Virus record (IMG/VR): IMGVR_UViG_2799112330_000002
Location: 96,001-160,000 of that record
Direction: 5' to 3' (one strand)
Source of the DNA: a virus
Taxonomy: Duplodnaviria; Heunggongvirae; Uroviricota; Caudoviricetes
Length of the DNA: 64,000 bases
A model generated the notes under the pieces. It had not been told where the DNA came from, ran no database searches, and worked only from the letters and a program-made list of their open reading frames with translations. A program made the position numbers and the translations under genes. Positions 10,693 to 21,209 of this stretch are shown in pieces. How positions within the stretch are numbered: the first letter of the stretch is position 1; each line of letters starts with the position of its first letter.

Positions 10693-12702
10693 ATGAGTAC
10701 AAAAATAGGAAATAAACTTTTTGCTTATCATAGTAGTTACGATTATGTTCAGCAACATGCTGATACTATTAGAGGAGAATATCCTAATTCTATTGTATTG
10801 ATTGGTGATGAGCAAATGTTATGGCAACCACTTACTAATTCATATGTAGGCGTTCCATATTCTAAATTTGCATATGCTTATAATCTTGCAATTCCAGACT
10901 TACAAGAAAGAATGGTTGAAATTGAAAAACAAGGTAATATTATAAGTAAAATTGATATTGATGGAACTAGTTCACCAACTGCGCAAGTTACACCTAATCT
11001 TTCTAACGAAATTGGATTAATTACAGTAAATACAGCTGCAGCAGGTAATGCATATCAATTAATAACAGTATCAGGACAAAACAGTGATATTACATTAGAT
11101 TCTGCTAATGCTTATAACTTTATTCTTGATCAAATTGAAGAAGCAAAGAAATATGCTGTAACTAATTCAATTGCTACATCTGATAATATCTACAAATTAT
11201 TATTAGGAGATGATAGCACATATATTGAACATGAAGCAACTGAATTTGTTAAAGAAAATACTTATACTGGAGATTATGATATATTCTATAACGGAGATAT
11301 ATATGGTAAACTAGATGGCAATTATCAAAAAATAAGATTTGTAAAAACTAATGATGGCTGGAAAGTCTACATTGATAGAGGAAATGCCACTGTTGATCCT
11401 AATGATGAAATTGGTGATTATGATCCTGCTACTGGTACATTTGATATTAATAGTAATAATACTAATAGATGGGAAATTGAAAATGGAGAAAATCTAGTAT
11501 TATATACTCTTAACAATACCACACAAAATTCATATAATATGAATATTACACAAGGTATTGAAACATTGAAAGAAGTTGCTTATATCTTAGATGTAATTAC
11601 AGATGGTTCTCAGGATGCTGGTATTAGTCTTGCATATAATATTGCTTATAATAATCAATATATTGATGCAACAAATGATAGAATTGATGATATTGTAGCT
11701 GGTTCTGTCGAAAATGTAAATAGTCTTTCATTATCAAATCCATTATCTGTTATAACAACATCATCTAAGGCAAATTATACGGGTAATGTTGTAACATATA
11801 ATAGTATTAAGACAGCAATAATTGGAGCAAATAAGGAAGCATATTGGAGTAGTGCACAATATGGAAATGTAGAAGGTGATATATTATCATATGTACAAAT
11901 ATTACCTACAACATTATCTGACGCGCAAATCAATGAACTTTATAACACAAATTCTGGATTATTTGTTGATAGTGTAGCTGGTAAACCAGCAGGAACATTT
12001 ATTCCAGTATCTCAAGGTAGTGGTGGTACATGGGGTAAAGATACTAGTAGTCCATCAAAATATCTCTTAACACATCAACCTGTAATACAAAAGGATGGTA
12101 ATACTATTGATGTTGAGGGTACCAATAATGATCTTGTTACAACTGTTAGTTGGGTTCTATCTTATGTAGATCAGGCAACAGCTGGTATAAAACAGGATAT
12201 GGATAGTCTTGATGTTAATGATAAGATACAGAAATATTTGGCAGGAGGCACATATGTAACATATACTCCTTATACTATTGATACATTAGGTGGTGCTAAT
12301 GATAGTTTACATGTTGTAAAATCAATCCCTACATCTTTTGCATCATATTTTATTACAAAAGATGATGCTGCAAATACGGTAGAATTTGTAACATTTGCAG
12401 GAGAAGAATACAATATTGTTAAGGATGAAATAAACATATCTCTTAGTTCAACATATTCATCTGATATTGTTGAATCATCATCTACTTATGGATATCAAAA
12501 TCATGCACTTGCTTATACAGTTCATGATGTTACATTACATACTCAAACATTACAAGAAGCAAGTGAAAGCAATGCAACATATACATATAATGGCTTTGCA
12601 TTAGCATATGATGTTGCATCTACAATTGAAGCAATGTTTACTTGGTATGATGTTTCAAGTGGTGATCCTATTGTAGATAATTGGAATTATAATAACCCAT
12701 AA
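10693..12702 (+). CDS. Putative tail fibre protein
   Basis: IETLKEVAYILD is a variant of the DTLQEI fibre motif; S/T/N/G/Y-rich. Confidence 0.55.
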   Translation: MSTKIGNKLFAYHSSYDYVQQHADTIRGEYPNSIVLIGDEQMLWQPLTNSYVGVPYSKFAYAYNLAIPDLQERMVEIEKQGNIISKIDIDGTSSPTAQVTPNLSNEIGLITVNTAAAGNAYQLITVSGQNSDITLDSANAYNFILDQIEEAKKYAVTNSIATSDNIYKLLLGDDSTYIEHEATEFVKENTYTGDYDIFYNGDIYGKLDGNYQKIRFVKTNDGWKVYIDRGNATVDPNDEIGDYDPATGTFDINSNNTNRWEIENGENLVLYTLNNTTQNSYNMNITQGIETLKEVAYILDVITDGSQDAGISLAYNIAYNNQYIDATNDRIDDIVAGSVENVNSLSLSNPLSVITTSSKANYTGNVVTYNSIKTAIIGANKEAYWSSAQYGNVEGDILSYVQILPTTLSDAQINELYNTNSGLFVDSVAGKPAGTFIPVSQGSGGTWGKDTSSPSKYLLTHQPVIQKDGNTIDVEGTNNDLVTTVSWVLSYVDQATAGIKQDMDSLDVNDKIQKYLAGGTYVTYTPYTIDTLGGANDSLHVVKSIPTSFASYFITKDDAANTVEFVTFAGEEYNIVKDEINISLSSTYSSDIVESSSTYGYQNHALAYTVHDVTLHTQTLQEASESNATYTYNGFALAYDVASTIEAMFTWYDVSSGDPIVDNWNYNNP

Positions 12703-12741
12703 TTCATATTAAGATAGTAACATTATAAATTATATAATAGA

Positions 12742-12769
12742 AAAGAGCAGATCTTAAGATCTGCTCTTT
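12742..12769. terminator. Terminator (perfect palindrome)
   Basis: aaagagcagatcttaagatctgctcttt. Confidence 0.75.
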
Positions 12770-12799
12770 ATTTTTGAATAAAATACACATAAAATATAT

Positions 12800-13420
12800 A
12801 TGAAAAGACATTTTATTTTATTCATTAGTTTAGTTATGACCTTGTCTATTATTGCTCAAAAGATACATAAGTATGATCAAGTAATAGATATGACATACTA
12901 TAAGTCATTTTATTCTAAAGATATCATGGCTCCATCATTTGTCATCTATAAGTTATATAAAGGTGGTGGTGATGTTTCAAGAAGTGGAATGAATTTCAAG
13001 GCTTATGATAATCTTCCTCATTTCTCTTATAGATTGACAGGATATGACAAAGGACATCTTGCTAATGCTGAAGACTTTGCTTGGTCTAAAGAATCATTAA
13101 GAAGTACATTCTATTATATTAATGCTGTACCGCAGACATCTAAGTTAAATAGAGGAATATGGAAGAAATTTGAGACAGAAATAAGAAAGCTTTCACAAAC
13201 AGATAGTCTTCTTATAATATGTGGTGGTTGTGACTATAATGACATTGATGTTGGTGTTCCTCAAAATTGTTTTAAGATAGTATATAATCTTAGAAATCAT
13301 AGATGTGTATATGCATTAATGTTCAAAAATAATTGGTTGAATGAATATTGGGATGAGCCTAAGCTTAAGAGAAAGATGTCATTCAAAAAAGCTATGAAAC
13401 TCTATGAATCTACAAAATAA
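12800..13420 (+). CDS. Secreted DNA/RNA non-specific endonuclease (Endonuclease_NS, beta-beta-alpha-Me)
   Basis: Signal peptide MKRHFILFISLVMTLSIIAQ; GYDKGHLA; TFYYINAVPQ...LNRGIWKKFE. Confidence 0.85.
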   Translation: MKRHFILFISLVMTLSIIAQKIHKYDQVIDMTYYKSFYSKDIMAPSFVIYKLYKGGGDVSRSGMNFKAYDNLPHFSYRLTGYDKGHLANAEDFAWSKESLRSTFYYINAVPQTSKLNRGIWKKFETEIRKLSQTDSLLIICGGCDYNDIDVGVPQNCFKIVYNLRNHRCVYALMFKNNWLNEYWDEPKLKRKMSFKKAMKLYESTK

Positions 13421-13478
13421 TAATGACTATTTTAATTTATAATTTTATATATATTTAGTTTAAGAGAAAAATTAGATA

Positions 13479-15416
13479 ATGATACATTTTGTTTTTTCAG
13501 ACAAAGACCCAAGATATTTGTTTTTGAAATATGATACAGAAGAAGATGATAAATGGCTAAGACCAAATAATAACTATAAGAAACAACCTAATCTCACAAA
13601 TCATCTTAATCTTGTTGATCCCACATGCTATCTTAAGTCTTACAATGGTCCAATGTATACTCAAGATTTCTTATTTGAGTTCATTCAATCATCGGGCAAG
13701 AAGATATATTATTGTTCAATCGGATTATGGCAGGAGATATATAAGTTCTTCAAAGAGAACAATGTTGAATATGATGGGTTGGAGCCTGGATTCTTCAAGA
13801 GAAGTCTATTGCATACATATGATGAGTTCAAGGAGATTGTCAATTCTTGGGGTCTTTCATTAGAGCCAAGAGAATACCAGTATAAAGCCGCTTATACAAT
13901 ATTGAACTGGAAACGTTCCGTATCTGAATTAGCAACACGTGCTGGTAAGACATTGATTGCCTATATGGTTTTCAGATATTGTATAGAATATTTAGACATG
14001 AAGAAGATTCTTGTCATTGTGCCATCTATTAGTCTTGTTAAGCAGATGTATGATGACTTCAAAGAATATAAAGAGTTCTTCAATACTGAATGTGTTTGGG
14101 GAGGTGGTAAACTTGTTGAGTCATCAAACATAACGGTTGGTACATTTCAAAGTCTAATTAAGTTCTTAGAAAAGAAAAGCAAGAAATATAATCCATCCTT
14201 TTTCAATAATTATGATTGTGTATTTGTAGATGAGACACATAGAGCATCAGCAGAGCAGATAAAAACAATCATATCACAACCATTTATGAAGAATGTCATC
14301 ATTGGCTTTGGTATGACAGGAACATTACCTAAGGAGAAGACAATTGAAAGATATTGCATACATAGTCTATTGGGAGCAAAAATACAAGAGATATCAACTG
14401 CTGAACTAAAGGAGCAAGGGTATATTTCAGACATAGAGATCTATCAGTACAGATTAAAATATAATGACATACATAAGCAAATAAGACTATATAATACTTG
14501 TGCTGAATATGCATTGTCTAACTATGTAGAAGTAGATGATGAAAAGCATCCAGGAAAGAAAAAGAAACAAGATCTTCCAAATGCAAGATTTCTCATTAAG
14601 AATGTAAAGCAATTGTCATTTGGACTACAACAGGTGAAAGCTAATATCTATGGGAATAATGAGTATTCTGAAATAATGAAAGATGTGAAATGGATGAATA
14701 TGCTTAAGAAGCTTGTATCAGATTCTGTTTCTGCTAATTCATTGTTCATTGAAAGAATGATGATACATTTCATGGAAGAGCGTATAGATCTATTATGTGA
14801 CAAGATCATTCCAAAATGTGATAAGAATACATTGATACTTTGTCATCATACAGAATATATTATGCATCTTGTTGACATACTTGAGAAAAAGTTTAGTGAC
14901 AATCATATCATATTGAAGATTACTGGTAGTGTCAATACAAAAAGAAGAGAAGAGATAAAGCAATTACTTAAAGAGAACAATAACTGTATATTAGTTGCAA
15001 GTTATGGTACAATGTCTACCGGAATCACTTTAGCCAATCTTTGCTATGGGGTGCTATTTGAAAGCTTTAAGTCAGATGTTGTTAATATGCAGTCAATTGG
15101 TCGTGGATTGGGATTGTCAAAGTTTAAAGACAAATATAGACTATTTGATATAGTAGATGTATTTGACAAGAACATAACAAACAAGATCTTCCTGCAAGGA
15201 TTAGCAAGAATAAAGATATATAATAAAGATTTCAATAAGCATAAGTATTTCATTATTGAAGAACATCTTGGAGAAAACAATGTATCATATAATGAGTCTT
15301 TTAGAATTGCTATAGAAAAATGCAAAGAAGAAGAAAAGGAAGACAAGCCAGTAAAGAAAGCTAAGAAAGAAAAGAATGTTGAAATTTCAAATTTTATGGA
15401 AGATTTGTTTAATTGA
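13479..15416 (+). CDS. uvsW: UvsW-like superfamily 2 DNA helicase
   Basis: PREYQ Q-motif, LATRAGKT Walker A, VDETH, GMTGT, MSTGI, QSIGRGL. Confidence 0.85.
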   Translation: MIHFVFSDKDPRYLFLKYDTEEDDKWLRPNNNYKKQPNLTNHLNLVDPTCYLKSYNGPMYTQDFLFEFIQSSGKKIYYCSIGLWQEIYKFFKENNVEYDGLEPGFFKRSLLHTYDEFKEIVNSWGLSLEPREYQYKAAYTILNWKRSVSELATRAGKTLIAYMVFRYCIEYLDMKKILVIVPSISLVKQMYDDFKEYKEFFNTECVWGGGKLVESSNITVGTFQSLIKFLEKKSKKYNPSFFNNYDCVFVDETHRASAEQIKTIISQPFMKNVIIGFGMTGTLPKEKTIERYCIHSLLGAKIQEISTAELKEQGYISDIEIYQYRLKYNDIHKQIRLYNTCAEYALSNYVEVDDEKHPGKKKKQDLPNARFLIKNVKQLSFGLQQVKANIYGNNEYSEIMKDVKWMNMLKKLVSDSVSANSLFIERMMIHFMEERIDLLCDKIIPKCDKNTLILCHHTEYIMHLVDILEKKFSDNHIILKITGSVNTKRREEIKQLLKENNNCILVASYGTMSTGITLANLCYGVLFESFKSDVVNMQSIGRGLGLSKFKDKYRLFDIVDVFDKNITNKIFLQGLARIKIYNKDFNKHKYFIIEEHLGENNVSYNESFRIAIEKCKEEEKEDKPVKKAKKEKNVEISNFMEDLFN

Positions 15417-15490
15417 TTTTAAACTTCTAAATTATTATTAACTATATTTAATAAAGATCACAAATTAAAATATATAAAACTTAAATAATT

Positions 15491-15889
15491 ATGTTAAATT
15501 TATTAGATAATATTATGAATACGTTAAATACGTTAAGTCTTATTGATACTCCTGATTTGAAAGATGAGTTAGACTTTACAAAGAAAGAAGATCTCGATAA
15601 ACTTGATGATGCTATTGATGCGCTTAAGAGTAATAAATGGTTTATGAGTTTAATGGATAGTAGTCTATTAGATGAAATAAAAACTCAGGCTCATAAGATC
15701 TATAATGAATCTCAACAAAAGAAAGAAACTGATGTTCCAGAAACAGTAAAGAATACAATTATCAATCTTGCAACAGAATATGTCAATACAAAGATTGTTC
15801 CAGAAATGGATACTACTTTAAATGCAACTACATATAAAGCTATTGTAGATACATTTGCTGATTTTGGAACATGGATCTATAAGAAATAA
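15491..15889 (+). CDS. Hypothetical protein
   Basis: 132-aa ORF with phage-like codon usage. Confidence 0.6.
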   Translation: MLNLLDNIMNTLNTLSLIDTPDLKDELDFTKKEDLDKLDDAIDALKSNKWFMSLMDSSLLDEIKTQAHKIYNESQQKKETDVPETVKNTIINLATEYVNTKIVPEMDTTLNATTYKAIVDTFADFGTWIYKK

Positions 15890-15906
15890 ATTGGTTGTTA
15901 TATATT

Positions 15907-16239
15907 ATGCTTAATAAGAAATTTCTAAAAGATGAATTTCAAAACTGTTTTGAAAAGACTATTCCGGTTGCATTTGAAAGAGCATTATTAGAGACTTTTC
16001 CTGGTGTGACGGCTAAAGGAAATAAAGTCGCTAAACAGTTTGGTCAAACATTATCTGATCTTTTAGCAGAACAATGGGCAAATTATATGGCTGATGCTAT
16101 TCATATATATGTTAAGAATATGCAAATCAAAGGAAAGATCATTACAACAGGTTCAGCAACAACCCAAATGGCAAATGTAAATAGCACATCAATGCCATCT
16201 ATAAATGGATCAATTCCTAATACATTAAAAGTAGAATAA
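15907..16239 (+). CDS. Hypothetical protein
   Basis: ORF; ATG at 15907. Confidence 0.6.
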   Translation: MLNKKFLKDEFQNCFEKTIPVAFERALLETFPGVTAKGNKVAKQFGQTLSDLLAEQWANYMADAIHIYVKNMQIKGKIITTGSATTQMANVNSTSMPSINGSIPNTLKVE

Positions 16240-16351
16240 GATAAAAAAAATTAAAAGAATATTAAAATTTTTAAAGAATGTTGTCTATATTAAATTATAT
16301 ACAAAATAACTTAACAAAAATTATACAAATATATTATTAAATTTTACAATT

Positions 16352-17473
16352 ATGACAGAACAAGAAATTTTGGGCTTTAACCCTCAAGACTTATTTAACG
16401 AAAATTCAAGTGAAACAACAACAAGTGGAAATTCAATGGTCTATAAGACACGTCCCGCAGATTCAAAATCAGAGGATGGTGTATATAGAGCAAAAATCAA
16501 AATTATCTATAATCCAGAGAATCCTCGCCAGTCATTCCTTGAGCAGCAGTCTTATGGTATGCAGGATGTTAATGGATATTTCTCAGCGGTTTCTTCATTA
16601 ACAGTAGAAGACAAGAGTTGTCCTATCTTTACAGCATGGAAAAAATGTCATTATGCAGAAGCAGGAAGTACATTACATAATCAAGCTGTTCCTACAAAGG
16701 ATGGCGGTAAGGGATTATTTGACAAGCGATTTGCACGTTATGTAATTGTACAGATTTTGAAGGACAAGAATCAGCCAGATTTGGTAGGATCATTTAAGAT
16801 CTGGAAGCTCCCAACATCTATCTATACAATGCTTCAGCAAAAGATGAAGCCTTCAAAGGAAAGTGGAAAGATGCCTATTCCAGTAATGGACTATTTGTTT
16901 GGTAGAGCAATCAATATTGAAGTACATCCTGGACCAGATGATCCAAAGAATCCTCAGAGAAAGACTCGTGAAATTACTTATCTTGGAGAGATCTCTAATG
17001 ATGTAGTATCATGTATTAATCCTGATGGAAGTCCTATTCTTAATGATGAAGAGCAGAGCATTCTTGATGCTTATGTAGCAAAGATTCAGAAGGCATGGAA
17101 TATGGAATGTGAGGATGATGAGGATCTTGAAAAGAGAAATGCATTAGTTACTCAGATCAATCAGTCAGAAGAGTACAAGGCATTGCTTCCTATTTATGGT
17201 AAGGTAATTGCACAAATCAAGGAATGGGCTCCTAAGTTGGACAGTTTCTCATACAAGCCTTGGCCAGAAGATTTGAAGAAACGTGTAGAGGATTGGATTG
17301 AGGTTGTACTTAGTGGTAATGATCCTGCAACAACTTCAATTGATATGATAAAAAAGGGTACTAGTAATGCAACTACTGAAACTCCAACTCCTGCACCAGC
17401 AGCTCCAAAAGTAGAGACACCAAGTCCAGTTGTAGTAGAAGCTTCAGATCCTGCAGATGACTTACCATTCTAA
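16352..17473 (+). CDS. gp32-like single-stranded DNA-binding protein
   Basis: CPIF...W and RYVIVQILKDKNQPDLVGSFKIWK match the gp32 core pattern; Pro/Ala linker and acidic DDLPF tail. Confidence 0.75.
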   Translation: MTEQEILGFNPQDLFNENSSETTTSGNSMVYKTRPADSKSEDGVYRAKIKIIYNPENPRQSFLEQQSYGMQDVNGYFSAVSSLTVEDKSCPIFTAWKKCHYAEAGSTLHNQAVPTKDGGKGLFDKRFARYVIVQILKDKNQPDLVGSFKIWKLPTSIYTMLQQKMKPSKESGKMPIPVMDYLFGRAINIEVHPGPDDPKNPQRKTREITYLGEISNDVVSCINPDGSPILNDEEQSILDAYVAKIQKAWNMECEDDEDLEKRNALVTQINQSEEYKALLPIYGKVIAQIKEWAPKLDSFSYKPWPEDLKKRVEDWIEVVLSGNDPATTSIDMIKKGTSNATTETPTPAPAAPKVETPSPVVVEASDPADDLPF

Positions 17474-17561
17474 TAATGGAATTTTTGAAAATTAGTATAA
17501 AAATTAGTATATATTTTTTCTATTTATATTTTATATATTTTAATTTTTTGTATATATTATT

Positions 17562-17596
17562 AAGAAGGATTTCTTTTTAGAGGTCCTTCTTTTTTT
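17562..17596 (+). terminator. Intrinsic terminator
   Basis: aagaaggatttct-tttt-agaggtccttctt plus T-run. Confidence 0.65.
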
Positions 17597-17663
17597 GTGA
17601 AATAATGACAGGATATGACTATCTTAAAATATAATAAATAAAATATATGTAATAATTAAGCTT

Positions 17664-17999
17664 ATGAACAGTAATGAGACAATTATGGATGTTGTAGAAA
17701 CTACAAAGGTAGAAGATACTACAGAATTCACAGGAACAAATGTAGCTCCTCAGGTAATAAATACAAACAATATAGACATGTCTAAGTTTGTTATGCCAAG
17801 AAAGACAAGGACAATTATTAGGGAATATAATAAGAAGATCGGTAGAAATGACCCATGCCCATGTGGTAGCGGAAAGAAGTATAAGCACTGCTGCATGAAT
17901 GAAGAAAAGTACAATAATCGTATTGAACTTACTAGTGAGCAAATGTACAAAGTTAAACAGAGTAGTGCAAAAATAAACGGCATCAAGAGGGCGGTTTAG
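17664..17999 (+). CDS. SEC-C motif (SecA C-terminal Zn-binding) protein
   Basis: [20 protein letters not shown]. Confidence 0.85.
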   Translation: MNSNETIMDVVETTKVEDTTEFTGTNVAPQVINTNNIDMSKFVMPRKTRTIIREYNKKIGRNDPCPCGSGKKYKHCCMNEEKYNNRIELTSEQMYKVKQSSAKINGIKRAV

Positions 18000-18004
18000 A
18001 TGAA

Positions 18005-18067
18005 TGAGATCATCATCAAATTCTATAGATATTAGTTTATATGTCTATTATATTTGAGATGAGCTCA
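18005..18067. repeat. Imperfect inverted repeat, CATCTCAA/TTGAGATGAG family
   Basis: tgagatcatcatcaaat ... atttgagatgagctca; shares its core with the 30510 element. Confidence 0.5.
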
Positions 18068-18137
18068 GATGAGAAGAATGGCGTTCTGATGAATATTTGA
18101 ATATAGTTTGTAATGTTAAAAATATTTAATCATAGAA

Positions 18138-19175
18138 ATGGATAAAAAATATTTAATAATATATCATAAAGAAGATAATGATGGTGTATTTTCTGGTGCA
18201 ATCTTTAAGGACTATCTGATGTATGAATTGAATATTGCTGAAGCTGATATTGATGTATTGCCAGCTGACTACAATATATTAGCAGATTTCTCAAAAGCTT
18301 ATTCCGACATGGAGAAACTTAAAGAAGAATATACTCATATCATAATGACTGACTTGTCTTTCAATGACTGGAAATATATGAAGAAGCTTTATAATGCATA
18401 TGAGTCTAATCTTGTTTGGGTAGATCATCATGCTCCTATTATACAATGTTCAATTGACAATAATTTTGATGATATCCCAGGATTGAGAGACACAAGTAGG
18501 TCAGCAATATTGAATGCTTGGAAATATCTTTATGATCAATTTGATGAAGCATACAAGCAGAAGAAAGTACCAGAACTGTTGAGAATATTGTCTGCTTGGG
18601 ATTCTTGGTCATATGAACGTGAAGGATATGATTTTGGTTATGTTAAAGATGTCAATAAGGGTGTTACCGACAAATATGATCTAAATTTGAAGAAAGTATG
18701 CAAGCTTATTGAAATCATCAAAGTATATTATAGAGATGAATCTGACTTGACAAAAGACAACAATATCATTTTAGACATGTATAATCATGGTCATGCTCTT
18801 AATGAATATGAAGACAAGAAGATGACAGACATTGTAAAGAACTCTGGTGATATGACATGGCAAGTATGGGATTATGATGAAGAAGATTCTGCCCATCCAA
18901 TTATTCATAAAGCATGTGCAATATTTCATCAAGGTGCTACAAATTCTACTATGTTCAAGTGCTTAGAAGGCTCAGTAATAAGACATGGTTTAGTATTCAA
19001 GCATCAACCAAATGGTAATTGGGTATTGTCAATGTATAATGTTGAGAACAAAGATCCATTCCACTGTGGAGAGTTCTTGAAAAACAAATACAATGGTGGA
19101 GGTCATGCCGGTGCTGCTGGTTGTACATTCACTTTAGAGCAGTTTATAAAAATATTGAAGAACAAGAGACTATAG
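18138..19175 (+). CDS. DHH/DHHA1 family phosphoesterase
   Basis: YHKEDNDG, MTD, WVDHH, GGGHAGAAG. Confidence 0.9.
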   Translation: MDKKYLIIYHKEDNDGVFSGAIFKDYLMYELNIAEADIDVLPADYNILADFSKAYSDMEKLKEEYTHIIMTDLSFNDWKYMKKLYNAYESNLVWVDHHAPIIQCSIDNNFDDIPGLRDTSRSAILNAWKYLYDQFDEAYKQKKVPELLRILSAWDSWSYEREGYDFGYVKDVNKGVTDKYDLNLKKVCKLIEIIKVYYRDESDLTKDNNIILDMYNHGHALNEYEDKKMTDIVKNSGDMTWQVWDYDEEDSAHPIIHKACAIFHQGATNSTMFKCLEGSVIRHGLVFKHQPNGNWVLSMYNVENKDPFHCGEFLKNKYNGGGHAGAAGCTFTLEQFIKILKNKRL

Positions 19176-19176
19176 T

Positions 19177-19587
19177 ATGAAAAGATGGGATCAGTTGAAA
19201 GCTGGTGACTACATATATTATTATGATCATCAGAAAATACATAAGCAATTAGTAAAGAAAGTAGACACAATAGCATTTACCAAAAACGAAAAGTCATTTG
19301 ACGGTAATTTCAATATTGTCACATCAAAGGTTGTTGAAGAATATTTATTGATCTATGCTGGAAAGAATACATTGATAAAACTTCCAAAGAACTGGATAAA
19401 GACTCAATGTGAGAAATATAATGACTATTCTATAAGATATGAGTGCATGCCAAGGTTTTGTGATGAAGAAGATGCTCGAGCATATATGGAGAAACTCATT
19501 TCTATTCGTAAGAAAAGAGTAGAAAAATATGAGAAAAAATATCTTAAAGAAAAGAAGATCTTGGACTCTTATTGCTTAGAAATTTAA
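19177..19587 (+). CDS. Hypothetical protein
   Basis: ORF starts 1 nt after the previous TAG. Confidence 0.6.
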   Translation: MKRWDQLKAGDYIYYYDHQKIHKQLVKKVDTIAFTKNEKSFDGNFNIVTSKVVEEYLLIYAGKNTLIKLPKNWIKTQCEKYNDYSIRYECMPRFCDEEDARAYMEKLISIRKKRVEKYEKKYLKEKKILDSYCLEI

Positions 19588-19636
19588 GATCTATTGTTTA
19601 TTTTTATATACAAATTTCCTATTTTTATAACGTATT

Positions 19637-19885
19637 ATGAAGACACTTGAAGGCTATATAAATGAAATGCATATTGAAGATAATATATTGAAGAGAATAT
19701 ATTTTCATACTTGTATAGAATTCAAACTGCCACATAATCTTTATCCTTATATAGTTGAAAGCAATGGAAAGTTTGAGCAATTAGGCCCAAGACTAGTTTG
19801 TCAATATATAGACATGAATCTTAAAGAAGTATGTTTTGACAATAGTCTATTAGATGAAGAAACATATTGGGACAATTTAATATAA
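19637..19885 (+). CDS. Small protein with capsid-targeting-like N-terminus
   Basis: MKTLEGYINE. Confidence 0.55.
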   Translation: MKTLEGYINEMHIEDNILKRIYFHTCIEFKLPHNLYPYIVESNGKFEQLGPRLVCQYIDMNLKEVCFDNSLLDEETYWDNLI

Positions 19886-19911
19886 AAGAAAAATATATAT
19901 GGAAGAAATTT

Positions 19912-20712
19912 ATGAAAGTAATCAAACGTGATGGCACTCCTCAGGAATATTCGTTCATAAAGATTGCAGATGCTATAAGTAAAGCATTTGAATCAGTTGG
20001 ACAGGATGTTCCTGAAAAGTTTTTAGAACAAGTGAAAGACTCAGTTGAAAAGCTAATAATCAAAAACAATGGTCAAGGAACACCAATTGAAGAAATTCAA
20101 GATGTCATACAAAAGGAATTGATAAAAAGAAACAAATATGAAGTTGTAGAAGCATTCATAAACTATAGAAGAAAACGTGAAGAGATTCGTGAGCAGAAGA
20201 CCGACTTAATGAAGCAAATTCAGGAAAAACTTTCTGCAAGTAATGTCCAAAATCAGAACGCCAATCTAGATGAAGCTTCATTTGGCGGAAGACTTGGAGA
20301 GACTGCAGGAGCTGTTGCCAAGAATCTTGCATTGAAGAAAATGTCAAAACAGTCACGAAAGAATCATGATGACAATATGATATATGAGCATGATCTAGAC
20401 CATTTTATGACAGGAGACCATAATTGCTTAAGTATTCCATTTGATAAGTTATTAGCGGAAGGATTTAAGACAAGACAGACAGATGTTAGACCCGCTGGTT
20501 CAGTAAATACCGCAATGCAATTAGTAGCAGTAATTTTCCAATTACAAAGTCTTCAACAGTTTGGTGGTGTAGGTGCAACTCATATTGACTGGACAATGGT
20601 ACCTTATGTAAGAAAATCATTTATGAAACATTTTAAAGAAGGACTGAAATATTGTGAAGGAAAGACTGATGAAGAAATTGAAAAGATAATTAATGATATA
20701 TTAAAAGATTAA
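19912..20712 (+). CDS. nrdD: Anaerobic ribonucleotide reductase NrdD, fragment A (ATP cone plus N-terminal barrel)
   Basis: MKVIKRDG ATP cone, YEHDLD, HNCL, QSLQQFGG, DWTMVPYVRKSF; ends in TAA. Confidence 0.9.
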   Translation: MKVIKRDGTPQEYSFIKIADAISKAFESVGQDVPEKFLEQVKDSVEKLIIKNNGQGTPIEEIQDVIQKELIKRNKYEVVEAFINYRRKREEIREQKTDLMKQIQEKLSASNVQNQNANLDEASFGGRLGETAGAVAKNLALKKMSKQSRKNHDDNMIYEHDLDHFMTGDHNCLSIPFDKLLAEGFKTRQTDVRPAGSVNTAMQLVAVIFQLQSLQQFGGVGATHIDWTMVPYVRKSFMKHFKEGLKYCEGKTDEEIEKIINDILKD

Positions 20713-20713
20713 T

Positions 20714-20869
20714 ATGAAAAGATATAAGATACATTATAGAAAGAATAGTTTAGAAAATTGGACTGAATATGATAATGTAGTATATGAAGACTATTGTCTG
20801 GCTTATTATGTTATGAGAGATATTCAAGAGCAGTTTTCTAATTATTGTTTTGAAATATATGAAATATAA
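20714..20869 (+). CDS. Small hypothetical protein (51 aa) inside nrdD gap 1
   Basis: MKRYKIHYRKNSLENWTEY...; ATG 1 nt after the nrdD-A stop; below the ORF-track cutoff. Confidence 0.5.
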   Translation: MKRYKIHYRKNSLENWTEYDNVVYEDYCLAYYVMRDIQEQFSNYCFEIYEI

Positions 20870-20887
20870 AAAAAAAATATATTATAT

Positions 20888-21124
20888 ATGAAAAGCTTTA
20901 AAAAATATATTAAAATAAATGAATCGGTCAAACCAGAAAATGGAAAAGACTGGGAAGTATATCTTGATGGTTCTTTAGACAATACTTTTACCGAATGGGC
21001 TAAGAAATGGAAGAAATATCCAAAAATAGGTAAAGGATGGTATGCCGGAGGAACTGTATTCAAGGTAGTAAAGATAGAAGACAATAAAGTATATGTTGAA
21101 GAAGATAAAAACTGCAAACCATAA
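20888..21124 (+). CDS. Small protein with capsid-targeting-like N-terminus inside nrdD gap 1
   Basis: MKSFKKYIKINE. Confidence 0.6.
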   Translation: MKSFKKYIKINESVKPENGKDWEVYLDGSLDNTFTEWAKKWKKYPKIGKGWYAGGTVFKVVKIEDNKVYVEEDKNCKP

Positions 21125-21175
21125 AAATTTATAAAAAATAATGTGAAAATAAGTTGATTTCCAAAGCAAAAATGA

Positions 21176-21190
21176 TTATTTTTAATTATA
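21176..21190 (+). promoter_or_regulatory. Putative late promoter of the homing endonuclease gene
   Basis: TTATTTTTAATTATA 20 nt upstream of the ATG. Confidence 0.55.
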
Positions 21191-21209
21191 AAAATATGAA
21201 TTATAAAAT

